Part shown: one piece after another, positions 44,816-54,314 of the stretch | Position numbering within the stretch: the stretch's first letter is position 1 | Layout of the letters: the number at the start of each line of letters is the position of its first letter | Assembly (NCBI GenBank): GCA_964550165.1 | Contig: CAZJYC010000001.1 | Location: 71,021 to 135,020 of the forward strand | Direction of reading: 5' to 3' | DNA from: an uncultured Eubacteriales bacterium | GTDB taxonomy: Bacteria; Acidobacteriota; Aminicenantia; Aminicenantales; Aminicenantaceae | Length of the DNA stretch: 64,000 bases | The notes under the pieces: generated by a model | What the model was told of the DNA's origin: nothing | What the model saw: only the letters and a program-made list of their open reading frames with translations | Databases searched by the model: none | Program-made: the position numbers and the translations under genes

Positions 44816-45753
44816 TTTGGAGAGCAGATGACTTTAAGAGCCCGTGGAACAACTTTCAATTCAAATTCGTCTTTGACTCCCAGAAACTCTCCGTTGTACT
44901 GAAGCGGAAGACTTTTTCCGCGGATGACCATTTTTTTTGCCTTGAAATGCTTCTGTCTGAGCTGATAGAGGCCGAAATAGATGAGAGGAAAAATGAGCAT
45001 GTACTTCAGCCCGCTCATCTTGAAAAGAGTGACGTCGAGATATCCGTCGTCGATTTTGGCCAGCGGAGCGACCTTCCAGCTGTAGCCAAAATATTTCGTT
45101 TTTCCAACGATGCAGTCAAAAAGCTTGACTTTGAGAATTTTTCTGTCGAAATACACCCCGTCCTCGCCTATGCCCTCGAAAAGCTCGATCTTGTGTTCTT
45201 TAAGGGGCGTGGTGAGCATGATCTTTGAGGCCAGGAGATGGCCAAACAGGCCTGGAATCGTGTGCAGATACATTTCCTGGGTGACCTTGGCTGTTGCCCC
45301 GATGCTGGCAATGCCCGTCATACATCCTTCGATGTCGATCAGGTCGATCTCTTTTATCTCACCCTCGAAGAGGACTTTCAACGCCTTTTTTACGCTCTTG
45401 GGGATACCCAGGGATATTCGAAAGCCGTTGCCGCTTCCCAGGGGAACAATGCCCAGGGTTATGTCCTTGGCCCTTCCGCTTTCGACAATTCCCTGAATGG
45501 CATCCGCAATCGTCCCATCTCCTCCGACCACGATAACCACATCCTTCTCTAAACTCTTTGCCCTGACCAGTTCGATCATATCTTTTTTCCCCATCTCGGT
45601 GGCGATGATCTCACCAGGGAGGTTTCTCTCAAGATAGATTCTGAGCTTTTTACTTCTTTTCCATTTTCTGCGGGCTGCCAGGGGGTTGACGAAAGAAACA
45701 ATTTTCTGCGCAGGAACTGGTTCGGTTTTCATCATCCGAAGCACCTCTGACAT
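44791..45753 (-). CDS. Diacylglycerol/lipid kinase catalytic-domain protein (YegS/DgkA-like)
   Basis: VVVGGDGTIADA and GIVPLGSGNG motifs; 320 aa. Confidence 0.7.
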   Translation of the reverse strand: MSEVLRMMKTEPVPAQKIVSFVNPLAARRKWKRSKKLRIYLERNLPGEIIATEMGKKDMIELVRAKSLEKDVVIVVGGDGTIADAIQGIVESGRAKDITLGIVPLGSGNGFRISLGIPKSVKKALKVLFEGEIKEIDLIDIEGCMTGIASIGATAKVTQEMYLHTIPGLFGHLLASKIMLTTPLKEHKIELFEGIGEDGVYFDRKILKVKLFDCIVGKTKYFGYSWKVAPLAKIDDGYLDVTLFKMSGLKYMLIFPLIYFGLYQLRQKHFKAKKMVIRGKSLPLQYNGEFLGVKDEFELKVVPRALKVICSPKKSSGQRV

Positions 45754-45862
45754 TCCATCATTTTTTATTTTTAACAGAAAAACTCATTGGGCGCAATCGA
45801 ACTTGCGCTTTGCTTGTTTTTTATATCTATAATATCCTCTCCTGCGCTTTGCGGCGGAGCTT

Positions 45863-46831
45863 TCAATAGTAAGCCACAGTTTCCTTGATTCCCTGATTCA
45901 GGCTGTAGCGGGCCTGGAAGCCAAAATCCCTTTCCGCCTTGGAGGATGAGAACAGCCAGGGAGTTTGAACCATGGCCTTCAAGAACTTGCGGCCAAGAAA
46001 AGGTTTGATTAAACCCGCACCCTTGAGAATATCGACGACCCAGAGTGGGAAATAGATGATTTCTTCAGGAAGCGGGATAAAGAGCGAATTTCCCAGAACA
46101 TGTTTCTTGGCCGTGAAGATTATTTTTCGCCAGGAATAGCCTTTTCCGTCTGTGAGGTAATAGATTTGGCCTTTTGTGTTTTCTGCGTAGGCTGCGAGGA
46201 GAATGCCCTGGATGAGGTCTTTGATGTAGATGAGGCTGGTCATGTCCTTTTCTTCATGGAGGACGGGGACAATCCTTTTCTGGATCGTCTTTATCAGCAG
46301 TTCTGTTTCCTGCTGTCTCGGGCCGTAGACATTGGGAGGTCGGATGATGATCGTTGGGATAAGATGCCAGGCTTCTTGAACAGCCTCCTCTCCTCTCAGC
46401 TTGCTTCGGCCGTACTCTGAAGTGGGCGAAGGAGGCTCGCTTTCTTCAGAATAGCGAACGGGTGGAGAAGGGCCTGCCGCGGATATCGAAGAGACATAAA
46501 CGAAGCGTTTAAGATTTCGGTTTTTTCTGAGGCAAGCCTGGACCAGATTCCTGGTCAGTTGATGGTTGGCAATGTCATAGACTTTGCGGCTTGTAGACCG
46601 GATTTGTCCGGCAAGATGGAAGATATAATCCTGATCTGAAACAGCTCTCTCCAGGCTTTCGCTGTCATTCGGCGAGCCAACGACGAAATCCACGGGATGT
46701 CTTTTAATAAAATCCAGGCGGCTGGAGGCTCTTACCAGGCAGGTCACCTTCCACTTTTCGGAGACAAGCCTTTCGACCAGGTGGCTTCCGATAAAGCCCG
46801 TGGCTCCGGTGACCAGGGCCCTAAACGGCAT
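45863..46831 (-). CDS. NAD-dependent epimerase/dehydratase (extended SDR)
   Basis: TGATGFIGSHL Rossmann motif; YxxxK present (YGRSK). Confidence 0.75.
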   Translation of the reverse strand: MPFRALVTGATGFIGSHLVERLVSEKWKVTCLVRASSRLDFIKRHPVDFVVGSPNDSESLERAVSDQDYIFHLAGQIRSTSRKVYDIANHQLTRNLVQACLRKNRNLKRFVYVSSISAAGPSPPVRYSEESEPPSPTSEYGRSKLRGEEAVQEAWHLIPTIIIRPPNVYGPRQQETELLIKTIQKRIVPVLHEEKDMTSLIYIKDLIQGILLAAYAENTKGQIYYLTDGKGYSWRKIIFTAKKHVLGNSLFIPLPEEIIYFPLWVVDILKGAGLIKPFLGRKFLKAMVQTPWLFSSSKAERDFGFQARYSLNQGIKETVAYY

Positions 46832-47501
46832 TCTCTTTTTTCCTTCTCTTTTTAATCAGATTCAAAATCAGAGGAATGTTGACGGTGGCAAGGAGAATGA
46901 TAAAAAGGGCCAGAAGCAGATAATCAGGAATTTTTAGAGCATAGCCGACCCAGGCGATGATGAAATAGCGGGGAGTTCTGGAGACGAAGACAGCCAGCAG
47001 GTATTTCCATATTGGGTAATGGGCCAGGACAACCATAAAACGGAAAGGGTAGAAAGGCACGGGCGTAAAGCCCGCGATGAACAGGGCCAAAAAGGGGGCT
47101 TTGTTGAAGAGCTCCACAAGCTTGTTCACAATTTTGCTGTGATGGGCTTTTTTGAACAACCTCAGGTCGACGATATACTTGAAGACGGAATAGTTGACGG
47201 CTTCTGTGAGCAGTGTGCCGGCGACAGCGACCAGGGCGACAACCAAAGGGAGGTAGAATTTTCCAAAATAGAGGACGACCGGCTCATGGGGAACGATGGC
47301 GATCAGAAATTGAGAGGGAAAGTTGTAAAAGAAAAGGACCCATAAATTTTTACTCTTTTGGATATACTCCGAGCTGAGCCACACAACGAGGAGCACAGCG
47401 ATAAAGGCGATTTCGAGGATGAAGATGAAAGTCCTGAATTTTGAGGGCATTCCGTTAGGCTTTGCGAGCGGCGGGGACAAAGTATTATTATTGCTTTTCA
47501 T
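46821..47501 (-). CDS. Polytopic membrane protein, possibly DedA/VTT-like
   Basis: 226 aa with five or six TM helices; overlaps the epimerase start. Confidence 0.45.
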   Translation of the reverse strand: MKSNNNTLSPPLAKPNGMPSKFRTFIFILEIAFIAVLLVVWLSSEYIQKSKNLWVLFFYNFPSQFLIAIVPHEPVVLYFGKFYLPLVVALVAVAGTLLTEAVNYSVFKYIVDLRLFKKAHHSKIVNKLVELFNKAPFLALFIAGFTPVPFYPFRFMVVLAHYPIWKYLLAVFVSRTPRYFIIAWVGYALKIPDYLLLALFIILLATVNIPLILNLIKKRRKKENAV

Positions 47502-47535
47502 CAGCTGAGAACAAAAAAATTTGTCTTTGAGATCC

Positions 47536-48504
47536 TTAAAGCGCTTTAATGCTGTCTTTGATTAAATACCACGGGGGTTTTTCAGCATTCGCGCGGATAG
47601 CCGTGTAGCAATACGTGCAGGTGTTGTTCTTCGAGAATTTTTCTCTGAGTTCTTGATAGGATTTATAGTCCGTGATGATCAGGCCACAGGGGGAGAAGGT
47701 TCCGTTTGGATTGACATTGACGAATCGTTTTCCGGTTTGGCAATGGGGAATGGACCTTTTTTCGAAGAAATCCGCCATTTTTCTCAGAGCGAAAGTGGAG
47801 GTGTAGATGTTCTTGTGCTTCTTTTTTAAATCGATAAGCTTTTCGACGATTTCTTTCAGTTCTTCTATTTCTTGCCTGGAAAGCATATAGCTTTCATCCT
47901 TTGTTCTCAGGAGGGTGTAGGTGCTGAAATTGATCTTGACCTTCCATTCCTTGGCCAATTCAGCCATACGGACAAGGTCTCTTAAATTGTCGCTCTGAAC
48001 CACACAGCAGAGGGTGATTTTCTTGTTTGTCTCCGAAGCAAGGTCTTCGTTGACGAGTTTTTCAATGCGCCGAAAAAGGCCCGGAATACCGCGGAACGCA
48101 TCGTGTCTTTCGTCTGGATAATCCAAAGACACGGAGAACTCATCCACTCCAGCCTTGACGAGTCTCTCGTATTTTTCTTTGGTCAAGAGAGTCGCGTTGG
48201 TGGTGATCACGATATAGGGAGCCCTGTTCGGAATTTTGAAGGCCTTGACGATCTCTTCTAAGTCATGACGGAGCATCGGCTCTCCGCCCGAGAGTTGAGC
48301 GACCACAGGCTTGAGCTCGCGGCAGTGCGCCCCATATTCGTCTGGCGTGGCCCTGCGTTCTTCCACCGGACCACCCAGATGACAGTGTTTGCAGCGAGCG
48401 TTGCAGCTGTGCGTGATCTCAAACGAAATGCACAAAGGCCGGTTGGTGAAATAGTTGATGACTCCGCGTTTCGCCAAAGAAAGAGTCTGAGCTAAGGAAG
48501 CCAT
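47536..48504 (-). CDS. Radical SAM protein
   Basis: CNARCKHC (CxxxCxxC), then LSGGEP; additional Cys pairs CTYC / CQTG...PCG. Confidence 0.75.
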   Translation of the reverse strand: MASLAQTLSLAKRGVINYFTNRPLCISFEITHSCNARCKHCHLGGPVEERRATPDEYGAHCRELKPVVAQLSGGEPMLRHDLEEIVKAFKIPNRAPYIVITTNATLLTKEKYERLVKAGVDEFSVSLDYPDERHDAFRGIPGLFRRIEKLVNEDLASETNKKITLCCVVQSDNLRDLVRMAELAKEWKVKINFSTYTLLRTKDESYMLSRQEIEELKEIVEKLIDLKKKHKNIYTSTFALRKMADFFEKRSIPHCQTGKRFVNVNPNGTFSPCGLIITDYKSYQELREKFSKNNTCTYCYTAIRANAEKPPWYLIKDSIKAL

Positions 48505-48587
48505 TGGGACGCATGCTCCTTTTTCATGGTTAAGCTATTCTTTTACCAATTAGGCGGCATTAAATCAAGTCCTTCGATCGAAAGTTA

Positions 48588-48962
48588 AGCATTCCAAATC
48601 CCGTGATTCGAGGAGATTTTGGGAATAGCTCAGCTCCCCTTCGGATTTTTAACGCCATTCGGTTCGCTTGTCTCGGCGGCTGCGTAGCGCTCCGGCCAAG
48701 CGGTTCGAAAACACGCAGGCTTAAAATAACCTGGCGAAGGCAGAATGGTGAGAAGGTCGTGTGAAAGGCTGAGCGGGCAGGGTTCCTCGACCGAAGGGAG
48801 AGGAGAGCGAAGCCTTGAACCGAGCCGCTTTTGGCTCGCTGGGGCAAAAGCGGCGTACCTTCGAGCCAATCTGCCAGAGCCCTCAATGGCCGCTACGGCT
48901 ATCTCCCAAAATCTTTGGATATTCAGGGAACAATCCTTTCTCACGGAATTTGGGATGCATTC
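48588..48962. repeat. Mosaic intergenic repeat, copy C, the largest at about 375 bp, with imperfect terminal inverted repeats
   Basis: The left end AAGCATTCCAAATCCCGTGATTCGAGGAGATTTTGGGAATAGC is the imperfect reverse complement of the right end GCTATCTCCCAAAATCT...TCACGGAATTTGGGATGCATTCC. Internal modules are shared with copies A, B and D. Confidence 0.7.
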
Positions 48963-49016
48963 CATAGAAATTTAAAAACCCACTAGACGGCAAACTGCGT
49001 GACCTTCTCTCGATTC

Positions 49017-51527
49017 TCAATGACGCGGTATCAATTCCTTGGACTGAGGAATGTCGGACTTGCGATCGATTTTCCTGGAGAGAGGCGGATCATATTTGCC
49101 GTTTCCGTCGACATCGACAAAAACAGGATTGGTCAGCGCATAGGGAAGCGTAGCGTCTTTCGCGAGGCCGGTCCAGGAGGAACGCTGCAGAACAGGATAA
49201 AGGGATTCTTTCCCCAGAACTTCGATGGCGATGTAAGAATCCCCTCTGAGTTTCAGACTGAACGTTTCTTCAAACTTGGGGATGACTTCCTTTGCCGTCT
49301 GCACCGGGAAAATAACTTTCCTCTCGCCGTTGACGATCACTCTCACCTCGTTGACGGCTATCCAGGGCGCGCTCTGGACTTTTATCCATATGTCCACCTT
49401 CCCGTCTCGTGAAGTGAAGGAATCGCCCGGCAGGTAGGAGTTATTGACCTTGAACTCGATGATGGGCCCGTTGCTCGCAAAAGAGCGTCCTTTCTTGATG
49501 GAAAGAGCAACGGCTTCCCAGTTCAAATCGTCTCCTCCTTCGCCTTCGTAAAAAACATAAGTTCGCGAGTACCCAGGCTCTCCTCTGTCTATGGAATGAG
49601 AATCCGAGGAGCCGATGAGGGGGAAATAATAGCCCCGGTTCAAAAGATGAAACCAGTCCTCGATGGCCACAGAATTGGAGGAATAGAAATACGGTCCGTT
49701 CATGATTTCCAGAACATCAAAAGACGTATCGAAATTCTCCCGGGCATAGGCGGCAGATTCCAGGTCCAGTTGATAGTTGTTGAAATAGCCGAGGGTGCCG
49801 GCTCTGGGATGGTTGACCTGAAGGATGGCTCCCGGGTCTTTCTCCCGGCTGGCCTCAAAGAGAGGCGAGGCTTCGTCAGAGACAGGATCGATGGCGCCGT
49901 TGCCCTCCTCTTCTGGCCTGTATTTCAGAGGATAGGTGTTGAAATGGAGAACATAAGAAGTTGTCACTTCGTTGCCGTAGAGGACAGCCAGATATTGATT
50001 CAGGCCGAGAGTCTTGAGGGCTGGAGCATAATCCGAGATAAAGTTGTGGTCCGAGGCCACCGCCACTTCCACGCCTTCAGCCACGACCGATTTTATCCTT
50101 TCCGGAATGCGCATTTGTCCGTCTGAGTTCAAAGTGTGAAGATGAGGGTCCAGGGCAATGAGATTCGGCGTTTTCACCACTCTGTCTATACGGAAAACGA
50201 GTTCCAGGAGTTCATCCTTCAAGATTTCAATCGCTTTCTGGTCCAGGGAGTATTCGGGCCCCCTGGAGGCGGAGGCAAGATATGTGCCGGCGGGGAGTTT
50301 CAGTTCCAGACCTTCTTCTGGGGGAAAACAGGAATTTTTGAAGGATTCCCAATTTTTTCCGCTTTTTATCGGGTTTTCTGGTTTGAAATAGGGGGTTGGA
50401 GTCGGAGCGAGCCCGATAAAGGTGGCCTTTCCGGGGACGAATTTGCCCTGGCTGTCCTGGATTTTCACTTTCACCCGGCCATGAGGCGGATTCTGGAGAA
50501 GACAGGAGTTCTCCTTCCCTGCGGCGACAACCATGAGCTCCTCCGAGACAGCCGGGAAAAAATTAGCTCTGACTTTATACGTTCCCTCGGGGAGCGGGAT
50601 CTGGACGGAGAATGGATCGTCCAGCATCGAGCGAAAGAAGACAGATGAGGAAAGCGCATCGCTGACGATGACCTCCATCAGACTTCCGCTCGAGTCTTTG
50701 AAATGGATGGAGGCTTGAACGAAACGGACGTTAAGAATCTGGTAGGCTTTCTGGAGAAGCTCCCCGAACCTGGTATCGACAAGGAGGATGTGGCGGGTCT
50801 CAAAGACATCTTTTGGTTTTAATACTCCGCTCTCCTCTTTTTCTGGCAAAGGAGTCAGGTTCAGCCAGGCCAAATAATGACCCTTTTTCTGGTAGACCCG
50901 GAAGTTGAGCTCAGGATGCTTCTCTCGCTGAAAAGGGCTGAAAGAATAGCTGCAGAATGCGTTGCAATAAGGAGAATAATTTATGCCTTCCAAGTCCTTT
51001 CCGCCTGTGTTGGTCAAGGCGGAGAGAACGTCAACTCTCCCTTGATCAGGGAAAAAATGATAGAGCGTTTTGATCCGCGCTTTTTCCCCCTTTTTTCCTG
51101 TGTAAAGAGAGGTGGCCTCAAAAGCGAAGGCTCCTCCGGGAGTTTTTTCCTTCAAAGGCCGGAGCTGGGTATAAGACAAGTCTTCACGTTTGTCTTTTAT
51201 CCTGAACGAAGGAGACCCAATGACAAGGGTGCTTTCCAGATTTTTTCCTGCGGGGACAAAGCTGATGATGCTTCCCATGACACCAGGTGTAGGGGAGTTG
51301 GTGGTGGTTTTCAGCGTCCTTTGGCTTCCTCCGATCAGGGTGAGGGTCTGGCCGTCAGAAATCAGAAAATCGCCCTCTTTCCAGATTGTGCAGAATTTTT
51401 CGGGCAGATCCTCCGCACTCTTGACGACTTTTACCTCGAATTCTTCTCCGCTGACAAGAACAGAGACGAAGAGGATAAGGACAAAGAGAATAAGAATGAA
51501 GAAGGCATATTTTTTTATTCCTTCCAT
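49017..51527 (-). CDS. Large secreted PHP-domain (CehA/McbA-like) metal-dependent hydrolase with a carboxypeptidase-regulatory-like beta domain
   Basis: Start trimmed to MEGIKKY after a GGAGG RBS. Signal/TM segment, then VAVASDHNF...HPRAG...GSSDSHS PHP-type metal ligands. Confidence 0.55.
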   Translation of the reverse strand: MEGIKKYAFFILILFVLILFVSVLVSGEEFEVKVVKSAEDLPEKFCTIWKEGDFLISDGQTLTLIGGSQRTLKTTTNSPTPGVMGSIISFVPAGKNLESTLVIGSPSFRIKDKREDLSYTQLRPLKEKTPGGAFAFEATSLYTGKKGEKARIKTLYHFFPDQGRVDVLSALTNTGGKDLEGINYSPYCNAFCSYSFSPFQREKHPELNFRVYQKKGHYLAWLNLTPLPEKEESGVLKPKDVFETRHILLVDTRFGELLQKAYQILNVRFVQASIHFKDSSGSLMEVIVSDALSSSVFFRSMLDDPFSVQIPLPEGTYKVRANFFPAVSEELMVVAAGKENSCLLQNPPHGRVKVKIQDSQGKFVPGKATFIGLAPTPTPYFKPENPIKSGKNWESFKNSCFPPEEGLELKLPAGTYLASASRGPEYSLDQKAIEILKDELLELVFRIDRVVKTPNLIALDPHLHTLNSDGQMRIPERIKSVVAEGVEVAVASDHNFISDYAPALKTLGLNQYLAVLYGNEVTTSYVLHFNTYPLKYRPEEEGNGAIDPVSDEASPLFEASREKDPGAILQVNHPRAGTLGYFNNYQLDLESAAYARENFDTSFDVLEIMNGPYFYSSNSVAIEDWFHLLNRGYYFPLIGSSDSHSIDRGEPGYSRTYVFYEGEGGDDLNWEAVALSIKKGRSFASNGPIIEFKVNNSYLPGDSFTSRDGKVDIWIKVQSAPWIAVNEVRVIVNGERKVIFPVQTAKEVIPKFEETFSLKLRGDSYIAIEVLGKESLYPVLQRSSWTGLAKDATLPYALTNPVFVDVDGNGKYDPPLSRKIDRKSDIPQSKELIPRH

Positions 51528-51704
51528 GATTGCCTCCATGGATGTCGTACAATGCTCCGAAAGCAAAGATGACGGTAAAGGCTATTACCATATATCAAAA
51601 GCAACACGGTTTCAAATATTTTATTGCATGGGTTGGCGTTTGCAATGGAAAGTCTGTTTGACTAAAATCATCTTGCGTTTTGTTAAGCTTTAAGGCGAGC
51701 TCTC

Positions 51705-52664
51705 ATGAAAGGCATCAAAAAGATTCATCGAGCCAAAGGCAAGAAATTTCTCTTGCAGGTGGAAACGTCGGAAAATCCCAAAGATTACTTGAAATACGAA
51801 GAGCTCAGGTATGAGATTTGGGGCGATGCCAAGGATACCCTTCCGGGCGCACGGAACATGTGGTGCGAGAATTTCCTTCATGAAGGGAGCAGCCTTTTTA
51901 TCGCCGTCTATGCGGAGGATGAAAAAGGCCGCTTCGGGAAGGAAAATCTTGTTGGCTTTTCCTACGGCTTTGTCGGCGTCAAGGACAAAGCCATAGCCTT
52001 CCGCGATCCGGCCAACCTTCAGTTCTACTCCCAGTATACCGGAGTCAGGCCGGATTTTCAGCACTTCGGGCTTGGAGTGATGATCAAGGAATTCCAGAGG
52101 GAGATGGTGCGGGATGTCTTCGGAATTTTTACCGTGACATGCACCTTCGATCCTTTGACAGCGATCAATGCCCACAGGAATATCCATCATTTCGGGATGG
52201 AGGTGGCGAGCTACAGGGAAGCTCCTTACGGAGATTTCGAGGGGTTTTTAAACAGAGCCGATATTCCCTGCGACAGGTTTTTTGTTTGCTGGGATTTGAA
52301 GAGAAAAATGCGAAGGCCTGACTATGATCTGGAAGCCCTGGTCAGCCCCGAACACCTCGTCACGGAAACAGCCCTTCGGGAGATAAAGGGCCGCAACAAA
52401 TTTGTCACCTTGGAGATCATCAAAAAGATAAAATCGGATTTCAACCAGGAGTTCCTGCTGGTAGAAATTCCTTATGATTTCTATTTGATGCTCCAGGAGA
52501 CGGACGTTCCAGAGACTCGAATCCGGCGGATTCCCTTGAACTGGCGGCTGAAGACACGGCAGGCTTTTCAATCCTTATTCCAAAGAGGCTACACAATCAT
52601 CGATTTCCGGCGGATGGAAAAGCAGGAGCGAAAGAGGCATTTTTACGTTTTGAAAAAACAATAA
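51705..52664 (+). CDS. Hypothetical protein, possibly GNAT-fold
   Basis: RPDFQHFGLGVMIKEF resembles GNAT motif A; no other clear match. Confidence 0.35.
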   Translation: MKGIKKIHRAKGKKFLLQVETSENPKDYLKYEELRYEIWGDAKDTLPGARNMWCENFLHEGSSLFIAVYAEDEKGRFGKENLVGFSYGFVGVKDKAIAFRDPANLQFYSQYTGVRPDFQHFGLGVMIKEFQREMVRDVFGIFTVTCTFDPLTAINAHRNIHHFGMEVASYREAPYGDFEGFLNRADIPCDRFFVCWDLKRKMRRPDYDLEALVSPEHLVTETALREIKGRNKFVTLEIIKKIKSDFNQEFLLVEIPYDFYLMLQETDVPETRIRRIPLNWRLKTRQAFQSLFQRGYTIIDFRRMEKQERKRHFYVLKKQ

Positions 52665-52741
52665 GCTCTGACGAATCGCTGAGCCTGCCGTTTAAACTGA
52701 TATTTCTCCCCATTCAAAGAACAGGCCAAAGAAGGAAAAGA

Positions 52742-52756
52742 AGAGGGAGATAAAAA
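52742..52756. promoter_or_regulatory. AATTCATGAATT palindrome upstream of the dipeptidase gene, the same motif as upstream of fadL
   Basis: TGAATTCATGAATTT, about 75 bp upstream of the 52828 start. Confidence 0.3.
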
Positions 52757-52827
52757 TTGTTTGAATTCATGAATTTTTTTTAATAAATTATGAATTCCAG
52801 GGAAAATTAGCGGCCGAGGAGAAAAAC

Positions 52828-54147
52828 ATGAAGAAGAGACAATTCGCGGTTTTGGCCTTGACTGTTTTTGTTTGCGGAATGTGGTCCGTCTCCTGCAGGG
52901 TCAAGCCTCAGAATGAGGCTTTTGAACTCAGGGCCCGAGCGATTCATGACTGCGCCCTGACTGTTGACGCCCATATCGACACTCCTTCCAACATGCTGGA
53001 AGAAGGATGGGATATCGGAGAGCGGCATGATCCTCGCCAGAGAAGAAGCGGCAAAATTGACCTGCCGCGGATGGCCGAAGGCGGCTTGGATGCCGCATTT
53101 TTTGCTGTGTTTGTCGGCCAGGGCGAAAGAACGCCTGAGGGCTATGCCAAGGCCAAAGAGCGAGCCACAGCCATGCTGGATGCCATTCATAAAATGGCCG
53201 AGGATTATCCGCACCTTGTGGGAATAGCGACAACGCCAGAGGATGCCTACCGTCTGGAAAAAGAGGGAAAGAGGGCTGCTTTCATCGGGATGGAAAACGG
53301 TTACCCCGTCGGCAAAGACCTTTCCTTGCTGGAAGAATTCTATCAAAGGGGAGTCCGGTATCTGACGCTCTGTCACAGCCAGGATAATGACATCTGCGAT
53401 TCCTCCACAGATAGACAGAATCCCGAGGATAACGGATTGAGTGAATTCGGAAAAGAGGTTGTTGCCATATGCAACCGCCTTGGAATCATGGTCGATGTCT
53501 CCCATATTTCTGATAAATCCTTTTTTGATGTCCTCCAAATCACAAAAGCTCCGGTCATCGCCTCCCATTCCAGTGCCCGAGCCCTCTGCGATAGTCCAAG
53601 AAACCTCTCGGATGAAATGCTTAAAGCCTTGGCTGCTAACGGCGGAGTCGTCCAAATCTGTTTCGTCTCCAGTTTTATCAAAAAGGAAAAGCCCCATCCG
53701 GACAGGGACAAGGCCCTTCAAGCCCTTCGCGAGAAGTACGGGTCGCGCCGGGACATCAAGGATGATGCTATTCTGGCAAAAATGCGCGGGGACTATATGG
53801 CCATTTATGAGAAGTATCCTGTGGAGAGAGCTACAGTCAAGGATGTCGTGGACCACATCGATTATGCGGTTCAGTTGATCGGAGTGGATCATGTCGGTAT
53901 TGGAACGGACTTTGATGGCGGAGGGGACATCGAAGGCTGTGATAATGTTCTTGAGCTGCCTCATATCACAGAAGAACTCCTTCGCCGCGGCTATTCCGAA
54001 GACGAAATCCGCAAGATTTGGGGAGGGAACCTTATGCGCGTCTTCAAGGAGGTTATGAAGGTCGCAGAGTCGTTCGGAAAGAGATCTTCTCAAGCAAATG
54101 TCTTCTGGAATTTTCTTGATGGGCTTCGTCAAAGCTCTTCCCATTGA
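52828..54147 (+). CDS. Membrane dipeptidase (M19 family) with signal peptide
   Basis: M19-family motifs LTVDAHIDTP, YLTLCHSQDN, HISD, ASHSSARA and GIGTDFDGGG. Confidence 0.8.
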   Translation: MKKRQFAVLALTVFVCGMWSVSCRVKPQNEAFELRARAIHDCALTVDAHIDTPSNMLEEGWDIGERHDPRQRRSGKIDLPRMAEGGLDAAFFAVFVGQGERTPEGYAKAKERATAMLDAIHKMAEDYPHLVGIATTPEDAYRLEKEGKRAAFIGMENGYPVGKDLSLLEEFYQRGVRYLTLCHSQDNDICDSSTDRQNPEDNGLSEFGKEVVAICNRLGIMVDVSHISDKSFFDVLQITKAPVIASHSSARALCDSPRNLSDEMLKALAANGGVVQICFVSSFIKKEKPHPDRDKALQALREKYGSRRDIKDDAILAKMRGDYMAIYEKYPVERATVKDVVDHIDYAVQLIGVDHVGIGTDFDGGGDIEGCDNVLELPHITEELLRRGYSEDEIRKIWGGNLMRVFKEVMKVAESFGKRSSQANVFWNFLDGLRQSSSH

Positions 54148-54248
54148 CCGCTCCATATGTAAAAAAAGTTTACAAAAATTATTTTATAATCCGACCAATT
54201 TCGTTTTCTAAGTGGCTCTTATGTATAGGATTAGCCCTTTTTTCGGGT

Positions 54249-54264
54249 TGGCATAAAAGTTGCC
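54249..54264 (+). promoter_or_regulatory. Sigma-54 (-24/-12) promoter TGGCAT-N5-TTGCC upstream of the SBP gene
   Basis: GG at 54250-51 and GC at 54262-63, giving canonical GG-N10-GC spacing; about 50 bp upstream of the start. Confidence 0.55.
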
Positions 54265-54314
54265 CTTCATTTGCTATAAATCCGAAGATAATTTATGATT
54301 TAAGGAAAGTGAGA

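Noticed and set aside
52807-54156. 449-aa minus-strand ORF opposite the M19 dipeptidase
   Set aside because: The plus strand matches M19 catalytic motifs throughout; the minus-strand product is a shadow ORF.
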